Positions 37,085 to 52,155 of a DNA stretch of 64,000 nucleotides are shown piece by piece. The stretch is from assembly GCA_951406725.2 (NCBI GenBank), contig OX597818.1:22444001-22508000 (forward strand), given 5' to 3'. The notes under the pieces were generated by a model that was not told where the DNA came from, ran no database searches, and saw only the letters and a list, made by a program, of their open reading frames with translations. Numbering within the stretch: position 1 is the first letter of the stretch; every line of letters starts with the position of its first letter. The DNA is from Octopus vulgaris (lineage: Eukaryota). A program made the position numbers and the translations under genes.

Positions 37085-37460
37085 TATTCTTTTATTTGTT
37101 TCATCTGACTGCAGCCATGCTGGAGTACTGCCTTTAGTTGAAGAAATCGACCCCAAGACTTATTCTTTGTAAGCCTAATACTTATTCTATCGGTCTCTTT
37201 TGCTGAACCACTAAGTTACGGTGATGTAAGCACACAAACATTGGTTGTCATACAATGGTGGCGGGGACAAACACAGACACAAATACACACACATATTATA
37301 TATATATATATATATACGACGGGCTCCTTTCAGTTTCCTTCTACCAAATCCACTCACAAGGCTTTGGCCAGCCCGAGGCTATAGTAGAAGACACTTGCCC
37401 AGGTTGTCACGCAGAGCAACTGAACCCAGAACCATGTGGTTGGGACCCAAGCTTCTTACC
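37085..37460 (-). mobile_element. SINE family A
   Basis: Collinear with the other family A copies. Confidence 0.8.
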
Positions 37461-38187
37461 ATACATCGAGATTCATTATTGAGAATGACCACCTTTTTGT
37501 ACTATGACAGGAAAACATTGCATCAGTAATTTTAGTGCAAAAACATACATGCAACAGTAGCAGGCCTTTTGTGTGTGTATATATGTGTACATGTACATTT
37601 TCTTTATTTGTTTTACTCACCAGACCATGTTGGGGTACAGCATTGAAGGGTTTGGTTAAACAAATCCACCCCAGGACTTATTTTATTGATCTCTTTTTGT
37701 CAAACTATATTACAGAAATATAAAAAAAAACCCAACATTGTTGTCTAACTGTCAGGTGTGGTGTAGGGGAACAAAAAGATGGGAACACACCATCGTTTTA
37801 ATGTCCACTTTTCCCTGCTTGCATGGGTTGGATGGAGTTTATTGAGGCTAATTTTCTTCAACCAGATGCCCTTTCTGTCACCAACCTTCACCTGTTTTCA
37901 AGCAAGGCAATATTTCCCTGTAGCTGGACATGTTCTCACAGAATATTGGTAATGAATGACACTGCTTGTATCACAGTAGCAATCATTTCACAATGTGATG
38001 TCAACCTAGAAGACACAAACACACACAAGATGGGCTTCTTTTAGTTATCATTAACCAAATCCATTCACAAAGCTTTGGTTAACCCAAAGGACTGAACCTG
38101 GAACCGTGTAGTTGGGAAGTAAACTTCTTACCACACAGCTATGCTTGCACCTATACACATATGCATATACATTATATATCTGCGTGT

Positions 38188-38230
<43 letters not shown>

Positions 38231-38292
38231 CACACATTCATACACACACATACACAAGTATGTATATGTGAGTGTGTGTGCCTGTGCCCATA

Positions 38293-38327
<35 letters not shown>

Positions 38328-38785
38328 ACACACAAGTGCATTTTTCAGTTGGTTACACTGGAGTACTTCATTTTAAATGTCAGCATACTCTCCAATCCAT
38401 AAATATTTTGAAAAAATAAAAAATATAGTAAAAAAACAACCATAAAAAAAAAATCATTGAATACTTGCTGTACCTAATTTCCCTCTGTCTCTAATTTGAC
38501 TGCCCCCCCCCGCACAACTCCCATCAAAACACACCCACCCTAATCTCCAGTGCATGGATAGGAAGGTGGAGGTGGCAGTGTGAAAGGAGTGGACCCTATA
38601 AACCAATCCTCCAATCAACCAATAACCAACAATTCCTTTCCACCACCATCCGTCCTAACCGACCTAACCCAACAAGACAGCCACCAGCTGAGATGTGGTA
38701 ATTTCATATAACTTAGCCAGGGCCAAGCCAGAAGGCAAAGAGAGATAAAGCTAATTGGTTTGTTGTCTTTTAACATGATACGATA

Positions 38786-38829
<44 letters not shown>

Positions 38830-39164
38830 AATAATAATAATAATAAATCATTTTAATAATTTGATAAAACTGACAATAATGATGATAGTGGTAATGGTGA
38901 TGAGGGTTAGGATGATGAGATTGACGGAGCTGATACAGGGATGATGTCAATGACGATGATGATGATGATAAATGAGTCATCCATTAACTACACCTCTCCA
39001 CCACTTCTCGTTCATCCCAAACATCTCCCCTCCCTCTACTGGTAAGTAGTCTCTTCCAGACTCCAGCAACAGAAGTGTAAGTGCCCTAACCACCACATAC
39101 GGAGTGCGAGGTTAGATGGGTAGAGAAAATAGTTTCAAGCTATGTAAATATGCTTGGGTGCACA

Positions 39165-39209
<45 letters not shown>

Positions 39210-40067
39210 CGCACATGTATGTGTGTGTCATCATCTCATCATCATTTTATGTCCGTTCTTTCATGCTAGCACAAACTGGAAGAGTTCTGCTAGTCCATGT
39301 GATTTACATCATCTGGCATACACAGCAACAGAAAAGACACCCCCCCCCAAAAAAAAAACAGGTCATCTTTACTGACATGTATGTCTTAAAGAGTGGATTG
39401 GATGTATTTTATTGTGCCACTTGTACCAGAGAGGTTCCATCATATTGGAGGATAAGTTTTGAGATCGATTTTCATGTTGTTGGCATGATTTCTCTGAGTG
39501 GACGCCCTTCCTATCACCAACTATTTAAACAGAGTGTACTGGATGTGTTGCATAATGTTACCAGTACTAGAGAGGTTGTCTTAAACAGGGGGTCAAATGT
39601 GAAAAATGCATATTCTCTTTTAGAGTTATAGCACACTTAGATGGGTAACCAATAATGTGGCTTATAAAGTCCATATATTATATTTGCATATAATGCGTGT
39701 GTGTGTGCATGCGCATGCGTGCATGTAATTAGGCATTGATAATTTTGAATATCCCAGACAATATACAACTTCTGGTTAATAGACGCAGATGTAAGATGTA
39801 AGGAACACAACTTACAACACATAAAGAGGTTATTTCCTGTTGGTGGTAGGAGAATTGAATATATTAAAAAATATGTAATATATAATTTAAGTGGCTTAAA
39901 TAAGGGTGACATAGGAAGAGTAAAACCAAAACTATTCCCTGAAAATCTAGGTGAAAGACAGAAAATAAACTCATACATTATAGATTATAATATTCAGCTA
40001 AACGTAGTCTATATTACATTCAAGGACCATAAAGAAAAACTTGTTTCTTATTTGAAATATAGATTAA

Positions 40068-40280
40068 CCCTTTCGTTACCAACCCAGCTGAAACAAGCCC
40101 TATCTCAAATGTCTTGTTTTCTTAAGTTTTGAATTAAAATCTTCCACCAAACCTTAGTCACAATTTATATTCCTAACACTAGCTTAATGATAACTAAGTT
40201 ATTTTACTAATTTCTTTGTTACATTTAAAGTAATTGAAAGAAACACAGAGCATTTCAAAATCAATACAGTAATGAGAGGG
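40068..40280. mobile_element. piggyBac-type MITE (TTAA TSD) inserted in the Penelope RT
   Basis: TTAA|CCCTTTCGTTAC...GTAATGAGAGGG|TTAA. Removing it restores aga tta att aat cca (RLINP). Confidence 0.85.
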
Positions 40281-40731
40281 TTAATTAATCCAAATAAATC
40301 TGAGATTCGTTTAATTAGCAAGGAAGTCTTCAGCAAAATTAACAGTAATATTAGAATGACAATTAGCCTTCAACAATGAGATAATAGGAGCATGGTCATT
40401 AGTTAAACTAGTAGTATTAATAAGAAGCAACTTCAGATTTACCCATATTATTGAATATTATCCTGCTATCTCTACATTCCACCTCACCTAATATTCATTA
40501 AGATATTTAACAACATAGTATTATGCATGGCAGAAAAATTATGCCCTCTGACATGATTTTACCTGGGTCAAAAGAATCATACTCCATGTAAGTATGAGGA
40601 AAAGGGAGTATATGAGCATGCTGGAATATATGACCTGATAAGATTATCTATCCTAGATTCACAAAATATTTTTATTACAATAATCTTTGGCTTATAAAGA
40701 GATGTTGCTGAATCCCCAAATGGTAAAGCAA

Positions 40732-40953
40732 CAGAGCCCAACCTTTTTTGGCATCATGCACTTAACAAAATAAAGTGCATAATATGTAATTTAATTATTA
40801 CATGTACAACACGCACGCATGCACGCACGCACGCACACACACACACACACACACACACATAAATCAAATTTAAAACTATTCTTTCTGTGCAGCTCAGTAC
40901 CAAATGATCCACAGTCTGGTATTAGTCTGTGGGTTGGTAGTTGGAGACATCTG
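40732..40953. mobile_element. Possible decayed hAT MITE inside the Penelope remnant
   Basis: cagagcccaacctttttt...gttggagacatctg resemble Charlie-type termini; no clear TSD. Confidence 0.4.
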
Positions 40954-42044
40954 TGTTAAAAGAAATGCTTCAGGTATAGAAAAGAACATATTAATATCGC
41001 CAATAATTTTGGCCAAAAAATAACAATTGTTACCAACTTAAGTATCTTTAATTTATTAGACACAACCTTCAATTTAACTCTTTTGTAAAACATAACACAA
41101 GCTTACATATAGACTCCACAACTTTTAAGAATCAGTTCTGGAATACCAAACCTGTCATCAAATAAGGCTATCCTTGATACACAAACTACAACAATAAACT
41201 AAAATCTGGTAGATTCAAAAAGATCATTTATACTCCTAACCCCACTCTGCCATTTCTCAATAAGAATGGAAGCTGTAACATCACCTGATTTACATCCCAT
41301 TCATCTTTAACTATTAACACTAATATCTGTAAGAATAAGCATTTCATAGCTTTAATTGATAAGGATTTCCCTATTAGCCACAGATACAGAAGATTATTTA
41401 ATAGAAACAGTCTTAAACTAAGTTATCATCTCATTGCTAACATCGTGAATTTAATAACATATAATTAATTGATGTTAACTGCACACGTCAAAATAATAAC
41501 ACATGCTCCTTTAATAAGTCATGTAATACTAAAGAGATCATGAATGAGGCAGCCACATCTAGCAAAGCAAACCTTGATCTAATACACAAACACAATGTAG
41601 GGGTGATGGAAGTAAATCTAAACAATGGTACTGCAATAATGTATTCCTTCTCACATATGGAAAAGAGGAATGCTACAAAACTGTCTTATAACATTTGGCA
41701 TTTGAAAGAGTGTGCTACAGATTGCAACAAAGATCCTTGAAAGATGTGAATCTTATAAAACTGGAATAACAAACACAATTTACGAACAACTGAAATGAAC
41801 TTCATAGTCAAGAACTGACATGATTCTGCTAAATGCAAGGTCAGAAATATTTATGAGATGCCATCACTTTGATAAGTGCTTAATGGAAAACTGGAATTTA
41901 ATATTACCACTAGACTGAATGGATTTACATTAAACATTCACCTACACTTTCTATCACAACTCCATTACCTTCTCCCTTCGAATCCTGAAGCCTCTTTATT
42001 TATTTGACTAATTAATGCATGCAAGTGCATATGTTCTATTATAC

Positions 42045-42426
42045 TCTTTTTTTTTACTTGTTTCAGTCATTTGACTGTGGCCATGCTGGAGCACTGCCTT
42101 TAATCGAGCAACTCGTTTCTGGGACTTATTCTTTTGTAAGCCCAGTATTTATTCTATCGGTCTCTTTTGCCGAACTGCTAAGTAACGGGAACATAAACAC
42201 ACTAGCATCGGTTGTCAAGCAATGCTAGGGGGACAAACACAGACACACACACATATATATATATACATATATACGACGGGCTTCTTTCAGTTTCCGTCTA
42301 CCAAATCCACTCACAGGCTTTGGTCGGCCCGAGGCTATAGTAGAAGACACTTGCCCAAGGTGCCACACAGTGGGACTGAACCTGGAACCATGGGGTTGGT
42401 AAACAAGCTACTTACCTCACAGCCAC
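42045..42426 (-). mobile_element. SINE family A
   Basis: Collinear with the other family A copies. Confidence 0.82.
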
Positions 42427-42961
42427 TAGATCTGTAAATGTGTATAGACACTTGTGGTTATGTGTGTGCGCATGTACAAGCACACATACAAACACACACA
42501 CATGGAGCCATGGCTGTGTAGGGAGAAGTTTGCATCCCAACAACACAGTTTCAGGCTCAGTCCCACTATGTGACACCTTGGGCAAGTGTCTTCTACTATA
42601 GCCCCACATTTATAAATAAAAGCCTTGTTAAAAGAACTGAAAGAAGCTTGTCTTATATATATGTGTGTATGGGTGAGTATGTGTATGTTTGTGTGCTTGT
42701 GCATGTTACTGCGTCTTTGCCTTGACATTGCACGATAGCTGTAAACAAATATTATCATCATGTAAGCAGTCTCCTTCATTTCCAGGTTGCCGTGAAAACA
42801 TGTCTAGTCATGGGGAAATATTACTTTACTTGGAAACAGTTGAGGGTTGGCAACTTGGGAACAAGAAGAGCATTTGGCCCTAGAAAATATGATTCAACCA
42901 TTTCTGTTTGTATAAAGAAAAGTGAACATCAAAATACTGATTATATGCATGTATGTATCTA

Positions 42962-43010
<49 letters not shown>

Positions 43011-46000
43011 AATATATATATATGTGTGTGTGTATATACATATATATATATAAATTTGTTGACATTACTGAACTCCCTTCATTTAGTACTCTTTAACATT
43101 TTTAACTCTCATTATCTTTGTAACATATTCACTTAACCTTTTAGTTAGATTTTTATAATTACTTATATTTTTATCCCACAACTATTTCCTTTTTTTTAAA
43201 AATTTTCTTCTCTGGTCATTCACATTCGAGCCCTTTAGGTTATATATATATAAATCGCAAGGCTAGTCCATCACAGGGTCACCCATTTACAGAGGAATGG
43301 ATTGGAGCAACACAAAATGAAGTGTTTTGCTGAAAAACAACACACAGTCGGTCTGGGAATTGAAACCACTATCTCACAATCCGGAGTGCAACATATTTAA
43401 TGGCTAGGCCATGTGCCTTCTACCTATTATTATTAATATGATAGAAATGGCAGAGCACCAGAATAGATACCTTTCATTAGTTAACTTTGTCATTCATTCA
43501 TCCAAAGACCAATAAAGTACTAGTTGACTACTGGGACTGATTAAATTAACTATACCCGCTCCCAAAATTCATGGCTTTGTGTCAATGTTATAAACTGACA
43601 CCAACTTTGCCTTTCAGCCCTCCAGGGTCAGAGAAATAAAGTACCAGTCAAGTACTGGAGTTAATGGTATCAACTACTACCTCTCTTATCAAAATTACTG
43701 GTTTTGTTCCTAAATCGGAAACATCGTCATCATCATTCAACGTCCGCTTTCCATGCTAGCATGAGTTGGACGATTTGACTGAGGTCTGGCGAACCAGTCT
43801 CCAATCTGATCTGGCAGAGTTTCTACAGCTGGATGCCCTTCCTAATGCCAACCACTCCGAGAGTGTAGTGGGTGCTTTTACGTGCCAGTTTGGTTATTAC
43901 TAGCAGTAAGAGTTTGCTCTGGCATTCCATCACAACCTTCTTTTATTTCCTTCTCAACTACTCATCTACCCCTATATACAGTGGAGGTGTGTCGTGGCTT
44001 AGTGGTTGGGGTGTTGGACTCAAGATCGTAAGATCGTGGTTTTGATTTCTGGACTGGGCAGCATGTGTTCTTGAGCCAAACACTTCATTTCATGTTGCTC
44101 CAGCCCACTCAGCTGGCAAAAATGAGTAATCCTGTCACGGACCATTGCCCTATCCAAGTGGGGAATATATATGCCAGGAAACCAGCCCTTATGAGATGGT
44201 ATGACTTGAGAAAGTAACTTTTTTTTAACCCTATATACAAAGCAGGGTAGCCATGTATCTCCCCTTTATAGCAAGAGATTCAAGCTTGTCCTTCTATCAT
44301 ATTTCAGCTTGTCAATGCCTGGCATAAAACCACCTTCCTCTCACAAATAGTCCCTCCCTCCACTTGGTAGTGGGAGCTCTTTCCTTGTTCATTTTCTGTC
44401 TGGCAAGCAATCTCAGCAACCTCATTAGGGCCAGTGACACAAAAACAACACCCTGTACACATTGTAATGTGACTGACATTAGGAAGGACATCCAATAATA
44501 GAAACTATGTTAAAGCTTACACTGGAACTCGGTACAGCCTTGCAACCCACAGGATCCTGTCAAACTCACAACCCATGCAAGCATGGAAAACAGATGTTAA
44601 ATGATAATGATGATGAGGAGGATGATGATGATGATGATATTTTGTGTTGAAGAAAGCTAGATCTTCTTCAACTCTTTGTACCACATCTCTGACAACAAAT
44701 AATTCTAGTTGAATACTTCTAAGATTCCATAGCTGAAAATGTGGAAGGTTGGGGTCAGGGTATTAGGATTAAACCAGATTTGTTTCTTCTAGAATATGAA
44801 GACACTGACAAATGAGATGTCAGTCATCATAACTTAATGAGGACACTCATTAAAAAATACAACAAATAAAAAAACCAACTAATTTGTTATTTAACTCAAC
44901 ACATTTCTTGAAGAAGTGGGGGATGAGGAGGAGGAGGTGATGATCCATGTGACCTTTTTTAGGAAATATGATAAGCTAATGTTTGTTTCCAAGACACATA
45001 AAACTGATGTAGCAGACAAAACAGCAGCAGTAGCAAGCCAACAAAGGAGTCTCTATGTGGTTGCTCAATTTTCTAGAAATAGCAACCAAATCTTCTTTAT
45101 ATTGTACCCTACTATGTTAAAAAAAAAGGCACATGGGATGATATAGTTTGGGTATTCTAAATTTAGATGAGAAAGAATAAATAAATGGATGTGGCTAAAC
45201 AAACAACAATAGTATCATGAACAATTTCTTACACTGGCATAATGGTAACACCTAACTTGGAATTTGAACTCCAGATCAGTAAATGATGAAACTATTCTAC
45301 CATCCATCCAATCAAACTTATAAATAGCAATGATGATGATGACAGGAGGAGGAAGAGAAGATGAAGAAGAAAAAGAAGGGTGTTATAGACAATGTGTGTG
45401 TGTGTGTGTGTGCGTGCTCACACATATATGTATACACACACACAATGTCTAAAAGTGTGTGTACGCATCTAAATGCCGACCAGCTGACGCCACTGATGGA
45501 GCTGTTGAGCCGTTCAAGTCAGTGATATAACAAGACATCGTTAGAGGCAAAAGATGTTAATTAATTAGGAAACAAGGAATCCGCAGAATGTACAACATTT
45601 TCCTTGGAGATTTTTCTTTTCTTTTAATCATTTCTATTTCATTCTTTAATTTTTGTTTATTGTAATGAAATGGCTGAATGATGGTGGTATTGGTGTGTAT
45701 TGGTGGTGGTAATGATGATGAAAGCTATTGTAGTATTGGCTGTTATTGTGGCAGTTACAGCAGAGATCATGGTGGTGTTGGTGTAGGTGATGGTAGTGAT
45801 GGTGCTGGAGGTTGCAATGTTACCAATGTTTATACTGTTAGTATATAAAGATGATGATGATGAGAATGGATGTCAAAGAGGATGCTGACAATGAAATTAT
45901 CTGTACCAAAGAAGTTAATCATAACACCCATTATTTTCTAATTTAGATTCTAAATGGTAAAATAAACCAACACTATCCATGAAATTCAATGGAAAACTTG

Positions 46001-46029
46001 TGCAATTTAGAAATTTGTCAACAAGACAC

Positions 46030-46343
46030 AGGCATAGCTGTGTGGTTAGAAGTTTGCTTCCCAGCCACATGGTTTTGGATTCAGTCCCGTTGCATGACAC
46101 CTTAGGCAAGTGTCTTCTACTATAGCCTCAGGCTGACCAAAGCCTTGTGAGTGTCACCATTTAATAACCAGTGTTGGAGTGTTTACATCCTGGTAACTTA
46201 GCAGTTTGGCAAAAGAGCCTGATAGAATAAGTACCAGGCTTTAAAAAAAAAGAAGTGCTAAGGTCGATTCATTTGACTAAAATTACTTCAAGTTGGTGCT
46301 CCAGCATTGCCACAAGTCTAATGACTGAAACAAGTAAAAGATA
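46030..46343 (+). mobile_element. SINE family A (internally deleted)
   Basis: Head and tail are present; the middle is missing. Confidence 0.75.
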
Positions 46344-49087
46344 ACTGAAAACTAAATGATAACAATGAAAAAATTTCCCTATTTAGTGTAATTTGAGGTT
46401 ACCAACCTCAAATCCCATCAATAAAGCAAGTTGTGATCAATAAAGCAGAAGAAAGCTTACCAAAACAAGGTGTACACTGGCACAATTCAGCTCTGGATTT
46501 TGGATCATATTATATGAGTATAGCAAATGAATAGATTCAGATGCCATCAACATAAGTCTAGGTTTCAGTGGCACTACACATGATGTCCTATATCTCTTCC
46601 ATTGTAGTTAATCCTGCTAGTCTAAATATACTGGACCAATAGAACAACACCAGGAAAGTATCAGAATAACATCAACTTTAATTGCGGCAATGCACAGGGC
46701 TTCTAATGAAACAGTCATCACAACAACAACCCGGAATTTGTCTGAGGAAGGAGATAGGAACAAACTGTATTGGTTAGTGATACGTGATGCTGCAAAAGAC
46801 TTCTACACCCACTACTGCATGTACTCTGAATCAAGGGTAGTGTTCAGAGACTGCAATAATTGTACCCTGCTAAGCTTAAATTTGCTATCCCCACCCCTTA
46901 CCTCCTTGACTCCCTCTCTCATCTACCTACCTACACATACACACACACACATACACAAAGTTTCTTTCCCACAAATTCACTCATAAGGTTATAGTTGACT
47001 TGAGGCTATAATAAAGGATGCTTGTCCGGGTGCCACACAATGGAATTGAACTGGAAACCACATGATTGTAAAATGAACTTGTTAACTATATGGCCACACA
47101 CACACATACACATTGTATATGAGCCAATGATGGATGCACTATACAACCACACAGAAAGAGCAGCCAAACAACCCTCAAATTGCATTCTTCCATCTGAAAG
47201 AAAAGGTAGAAAACAGGGCTTGGAGTTACTGATGCAATAAATTGCATCACCAAAGCACCAGAGAGGGATTTGGTTGAAGAGGACAGACCGGAGGTTTGTT
47301 GCTACTCTTGATACAAGCTAAGACTTGATTAACTCCTGTTGAGTCAACTGGATGAGGAAGTCTGATGTTGAAAGACCCAAAACCCCTTGAAACCCAACAA
47401 ACATCACTGATGATGCACCCCAGTGCTTCCATGAGATGTATCTTGGAACTAGATAACAATATCTGCATAGATGAAAAAAACAAAAAAAAAACAAAACACC
47501 CTAATGACATGAAACTAATTTTAAAACTTTTAATGCAAGCACAGCAAACAAGTTTTAAAAAAATACAGTATGAGAAATGTTACATCCATTGATCTTGTTT
47601 GGTATGTTGATATTTAAACAAAAATTAATTCTATGTATATTTTGATCCATTAGAATTGTTTGACTTTGAAAGGCTATTTCTAATTACTATATATATGTAT
47701 ATATGAAACAATAATTTATTTTTTTGAACTCCAAATGTCAACAGCTTTTATTTCTCCTACCAAGTACTGATGCTTTAAAGAGCAAGCAGTCCCAATGTGT
47801 GTTTTCCTTTGCCATTTGTATGGAGTTAACAAACTATTTCTAAAGACTGACTATATAAAAGAAAAAAAAAATGTTTGAAAAGTAAGTGATTGTCAATATG
47901 TACTTCTTCCCTGCTATATAACATCTAAAGCTTCTATTGATCAGTCAGGGCTGACCATGCATCTGCCCCTAAATTGCTCCTCCTCAGGGAGAAGGTTTGA
48001 GCAAAAAGTTTGCGGAATAACAGTAGTTACCCAAAGCCATGCATGAGGTTGCCCAAAGGAAAAAGGAAAGGGTTGATACAACATAGCACCAGTGTCATCA
48101 CAGGTAAACTTGGAATGCAAAGAGATAGAACAAATAAATATACTGCAAGACATTCTGTACTACACACTAACAATTCAACCAATCCACTTTTCTGGAGCCC
48201 ACCACAAGCTCCAGGCTTAAAAAAAAAGAAGTACTGAGGTTGATTCATTTGACTAAAATTACTTCAACAATGCTGAGGGCTATTTCCTAAAATATACATG
48301 CTAGGGTGTGAAAACTGTCTTGTTTTGTAAAATTTTCCCGAAGAACCAGTAGATAGGAACTTCTTTTACCAATTTCACAAAAAATATATTATCTGTTAAA
48401 CAGATAGAAAAATCTCAACTGGAATATCTTTGACAATACACCTGCAGGATCAGGGCTGACTTGGGGCTAAGCACCAAGAATAACAACCAGAACATCAAGA
48501 TCCATTTTCCCTGTCAGATATTGTTGTTTGCATTTTCTCATATTTTCCTTCTTTCTTTTTCTTTTCTTTTGTTTTCAAAAATAATTCCTGTGTGTATATT
48601 GATTCTCTGACTCTGTTTGAATTTGGAAGAGCTAATTCTAAAGACTATCCCATTCTGGTAATGAATCCAAAATGGCACTGTACATTGTTTGTTTCTCTTT
48701 GGCAATAACATCATGCCTCAAAGGAAGCTAACACCATTCTGACATTTTGGGACAGCTGTTAAATGTGTTTTCTATGTCTCAGTCTTAACGCAAATTTGGC
48801 ACATTTGACATTTCCCATTATAGATACAAACACAGATAGTTAGTTAGATAACGGGGGGAGGGGGAGAGAAAATGGTAAACAGACTGATAGATAGCTAGTC
48901 ATATAGATATACAGATAGATATATATATATAGACAAACAGACAGTTAAATACATAGCTAGCTAGATAGACAGACAGGTAGATAGATATAAAGATAGCTAC
49001 AAACACAAATAATTAGTTACACACATCACTCACATGTATAAACATAAGAAAATAGTCTTTATATACACACATATATATATATATATT

Positions 49088-49488
49088 CTTTTACTTGTTT
49101 CAGTCATTTGATTTTGGCCATACTGGAGCACTGCCTTGAAGGGTTTTTTAGTCAAACAAATCAACCTCAGAACTTATTTTTGTATGCTTAGTACTTATTC
49201 TATTGGTCTCTTTTGCCGAACCACTAGATTACAAGGATGTAAGCACACCAACACTGGTTGTCAAACAGTGGTGGTAATGGTGAGGGTGGGGGAGAAACAC
49301 AGACACAAAGACACACACATATATACGATGGGTTTCTTTCAGTTTCTGACTACCAAATCCACTCACAAAGCTTTGGTCAGCCTTAGGCTATAGTAGAAGA
49401 CACCTGCCCAAGGTGCCATGCAGTGGCACTGAACCCAGAACCATGAGGTTGGAAAGCAAACATTTCACAACATAGCCATGCTTGCACC
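49088..49488 (-). mobile_element. SINE family A
   Basis: Collinear with the other family A copies. Confidence 0.8.
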
Positions 49489-49489
49489 C

Positions 49490-49520
<31 letters not shown>

Positions 49521-49532
49521 TAAATAAATAAA

Positions 49533-49578
<46 letters not shown>

Positions 49579-49708
49579 CACACACACATATACACACACA
49601 CGTATATATATGTATATACACATTCATACATATATATACATATACACATACATACAGACACACACACATATATACATCCATATACATATACACATATGTG
49701 TGTGTATA

Positions 49709-49760
<52 letters not shown>

Positions 49761-49796
49761 TTCATATACATACACACACACACACACACATACACA
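49490..49796. repeat. Long compound (AT)n/(AC)n microsatellite
   Basis: Read directly from the sequence. Confidence 0.95.
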
Positions 49797-52155
49797 TTGA
49801 CTGTGTATATCTGTAGGTATGTATGAAGTCCAAATGAACAAAAAATGACAAACAAAATTTACTCTACAAACAATATAGAATCCTACCATCAGTGGATGTT
49901 TTGTTGTTTTCTAGAAATTGATTCACAACACCAAATAAACTGTGTTTACAACTCAAACAATCATTAGTACAAATAATTCCACCATCAGTAAGTACTGTGC
50001 TGTGTTCAACCATACTTAAGGCACTTAACTACTGCTGGCTCAACATTACTAGTTGCAAAAAGGCACAACAAACTTCTATAAGAAGTGAAATTACCAAATA
50101 ATTTTTGAATACTTATTGACCAGCAATAAGTGAGAACTGTCAAAATGTTAGAGATGGTGTGCTTGCTGCAAGACATACAAAGGCACATAGTGGGTGCAAG
50201 TTACATAAGAGTACTGTCCATTTTTTAAATGCTACTGTTCCTTCACACACACATTATACAAACTCATTCTGTTGCCAATGCTAACTCCAGGTAAATCTTG
50301 GGATGCCATAATTGATGATGTACAGGCATGTACTGAGGCTACAACATTTGCAGAGATTTATCATCATCGTCATCGTCACCATCATGATCATCATCATTTA
50401 ACGTCTGCTTTCCATGCTGACAAGGGTTGGACGGTTTAATGGGAGTTGGTTAGGCAGAAGGCTGCACCATGCTTTGCTGTCTGTCTTGGTATGGTTTTTA
50501 CGGCTGAATGCCCTTCCTAACACAAACCACTCTGCAGAGTGGACTGAGTGCTTTTTACGTGACACCAGATGATAATAATGAGCAGGTCTTTCCATGGTTG
50601 ATCTCTTTGACTGAGCCACATATTCTTGGCCAAATACAGATTGGCATCTGGAATATTGCAAGAGGCTCACTGCACTCTACAGCTAAACAATGAAGTTACA
50701 GGAATGTCAACTGTTGCATTCTATAGTAGATTAATGAAGACAATGAGTGACAATGGCCAGGGAATAATTCTAGGTACTGATAGGGACGGTCTATGTATTT
50801 GCTTCTGGAGTATGTTCGGGTTTTGGATTATGAACAATTTTCAAAAATTCTTTGCCTTATGCTACAACACTGGGATATTACTTGCATGGGACATTACTCT
50901 ACAGACATGACCATAATGTAACCACCAGTAGCCAAACCTATATGAAATATTTGAAAGATGACCTTATATTAAGTTCAGTGTCTGTGCATTACTGATTTGT
51001 GGGGCCATGTTGAACAGCTGTTATTGTAAGTGGGGGGACAGACCTGAACTATCTTTCTATCAGCTGAGTCTATAATGAAGATCTGAAGACTGACCCATAC
51101 CCTTCATTTGGTGAGGAAGAGTGGGTAAGTCTTCTTATGTGTGGTTGTTATGCTTATGACAATGATGGTGATGATGACAATGATGATGGTAGTTGTCATA
51201 GTATTCATGGTGATAATGGTGATACTGATAATAATGATAGCAGTTATGATGTTTTTGTTGGTGGTGGCAGCGGCAATGATGACTAGCAGGAACAATGACA
51301 TTGATGATTATAATGATGACGATGGTAACAATGATAATGATGATGATGGTGATGACAATGACGAGGGTAATAAACAATAAAAAAGACAGCTGGCTTTTGT
51401 TTCCTATCTGTTACACAACAGTCTATTTTAAATTATATATATGTACATTTATTTTCATGATTCATGAAAGGGCAAGGGAGCAGGGGAGAGAGGGGATTTC
51501 TTTGCCCCCTTCCACCACACCCCCCACCTTCACACCCTCCACACACACACATACTTCCTCACTACTACCTTCTATCTCACCCCTATCCCTGCGTGTGCTT
51601 CTGCTTACCATATGCAACCCCCACCACCTCATTAGTTTTCACACTAGTGTTACACAAACACAACACCCAACACAATAGATATCACCACCACTTACACTAA
51701 CATTAGTCTAATCATCAATACCGAACTTCCTCTCCATGCGCCCAAGATCAAACACCACACCACCAACACTGTCTCAACCACCACTATAAAAAAACCCATC
51801 ACCACCACCACTCCTACCAATACTGCCATCAAAATGCCACCATCATTGCTACCAAAGTTTCCATAGGATTACTCGACCAGCAAGAGATAGCACCTAAATG
51901 TCATCCTTTTGCTTCAGGAAAAGAGCATATTGGATAATGTAGTTAGTTTTGAGTTCATTGCACATAGCAACGAAAATGGGATGGCCATGGATGGAATGTC
52001 TTTCGGGCATGGTTGTGTGGTAAGAAGTTTGCTTTGCAGCCATGCGGTTTCAGGTTCAGTCTCACTGAACAACACCTTGGGCAAGTGTCTTCTGTCATAG
52101 TCCCAGGCCAACAAACACCTTGTGAGTGAATTTGGTTGACAGAAACAGTGTGAAC

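Larger units (their letters stand above)
39900..41800 (+). pseudogene. Heavily decayed Penelope-like element (RT and GIY-YIG remnants)
   Basis: Hand-translated blocks: YITFKDHKE (~40011), RLINPNKSEIRLISKEVFSKINSNIR (after removing the MITE), IIEYYPAI (~40447), LLDTTFNL (~41053), FIALIDKDFPISHRYRRLFNRNSLKLSY (~41342) and SFSHMEKRNATKLSYNIWHLKE (~41645). Confidence 0.75.
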
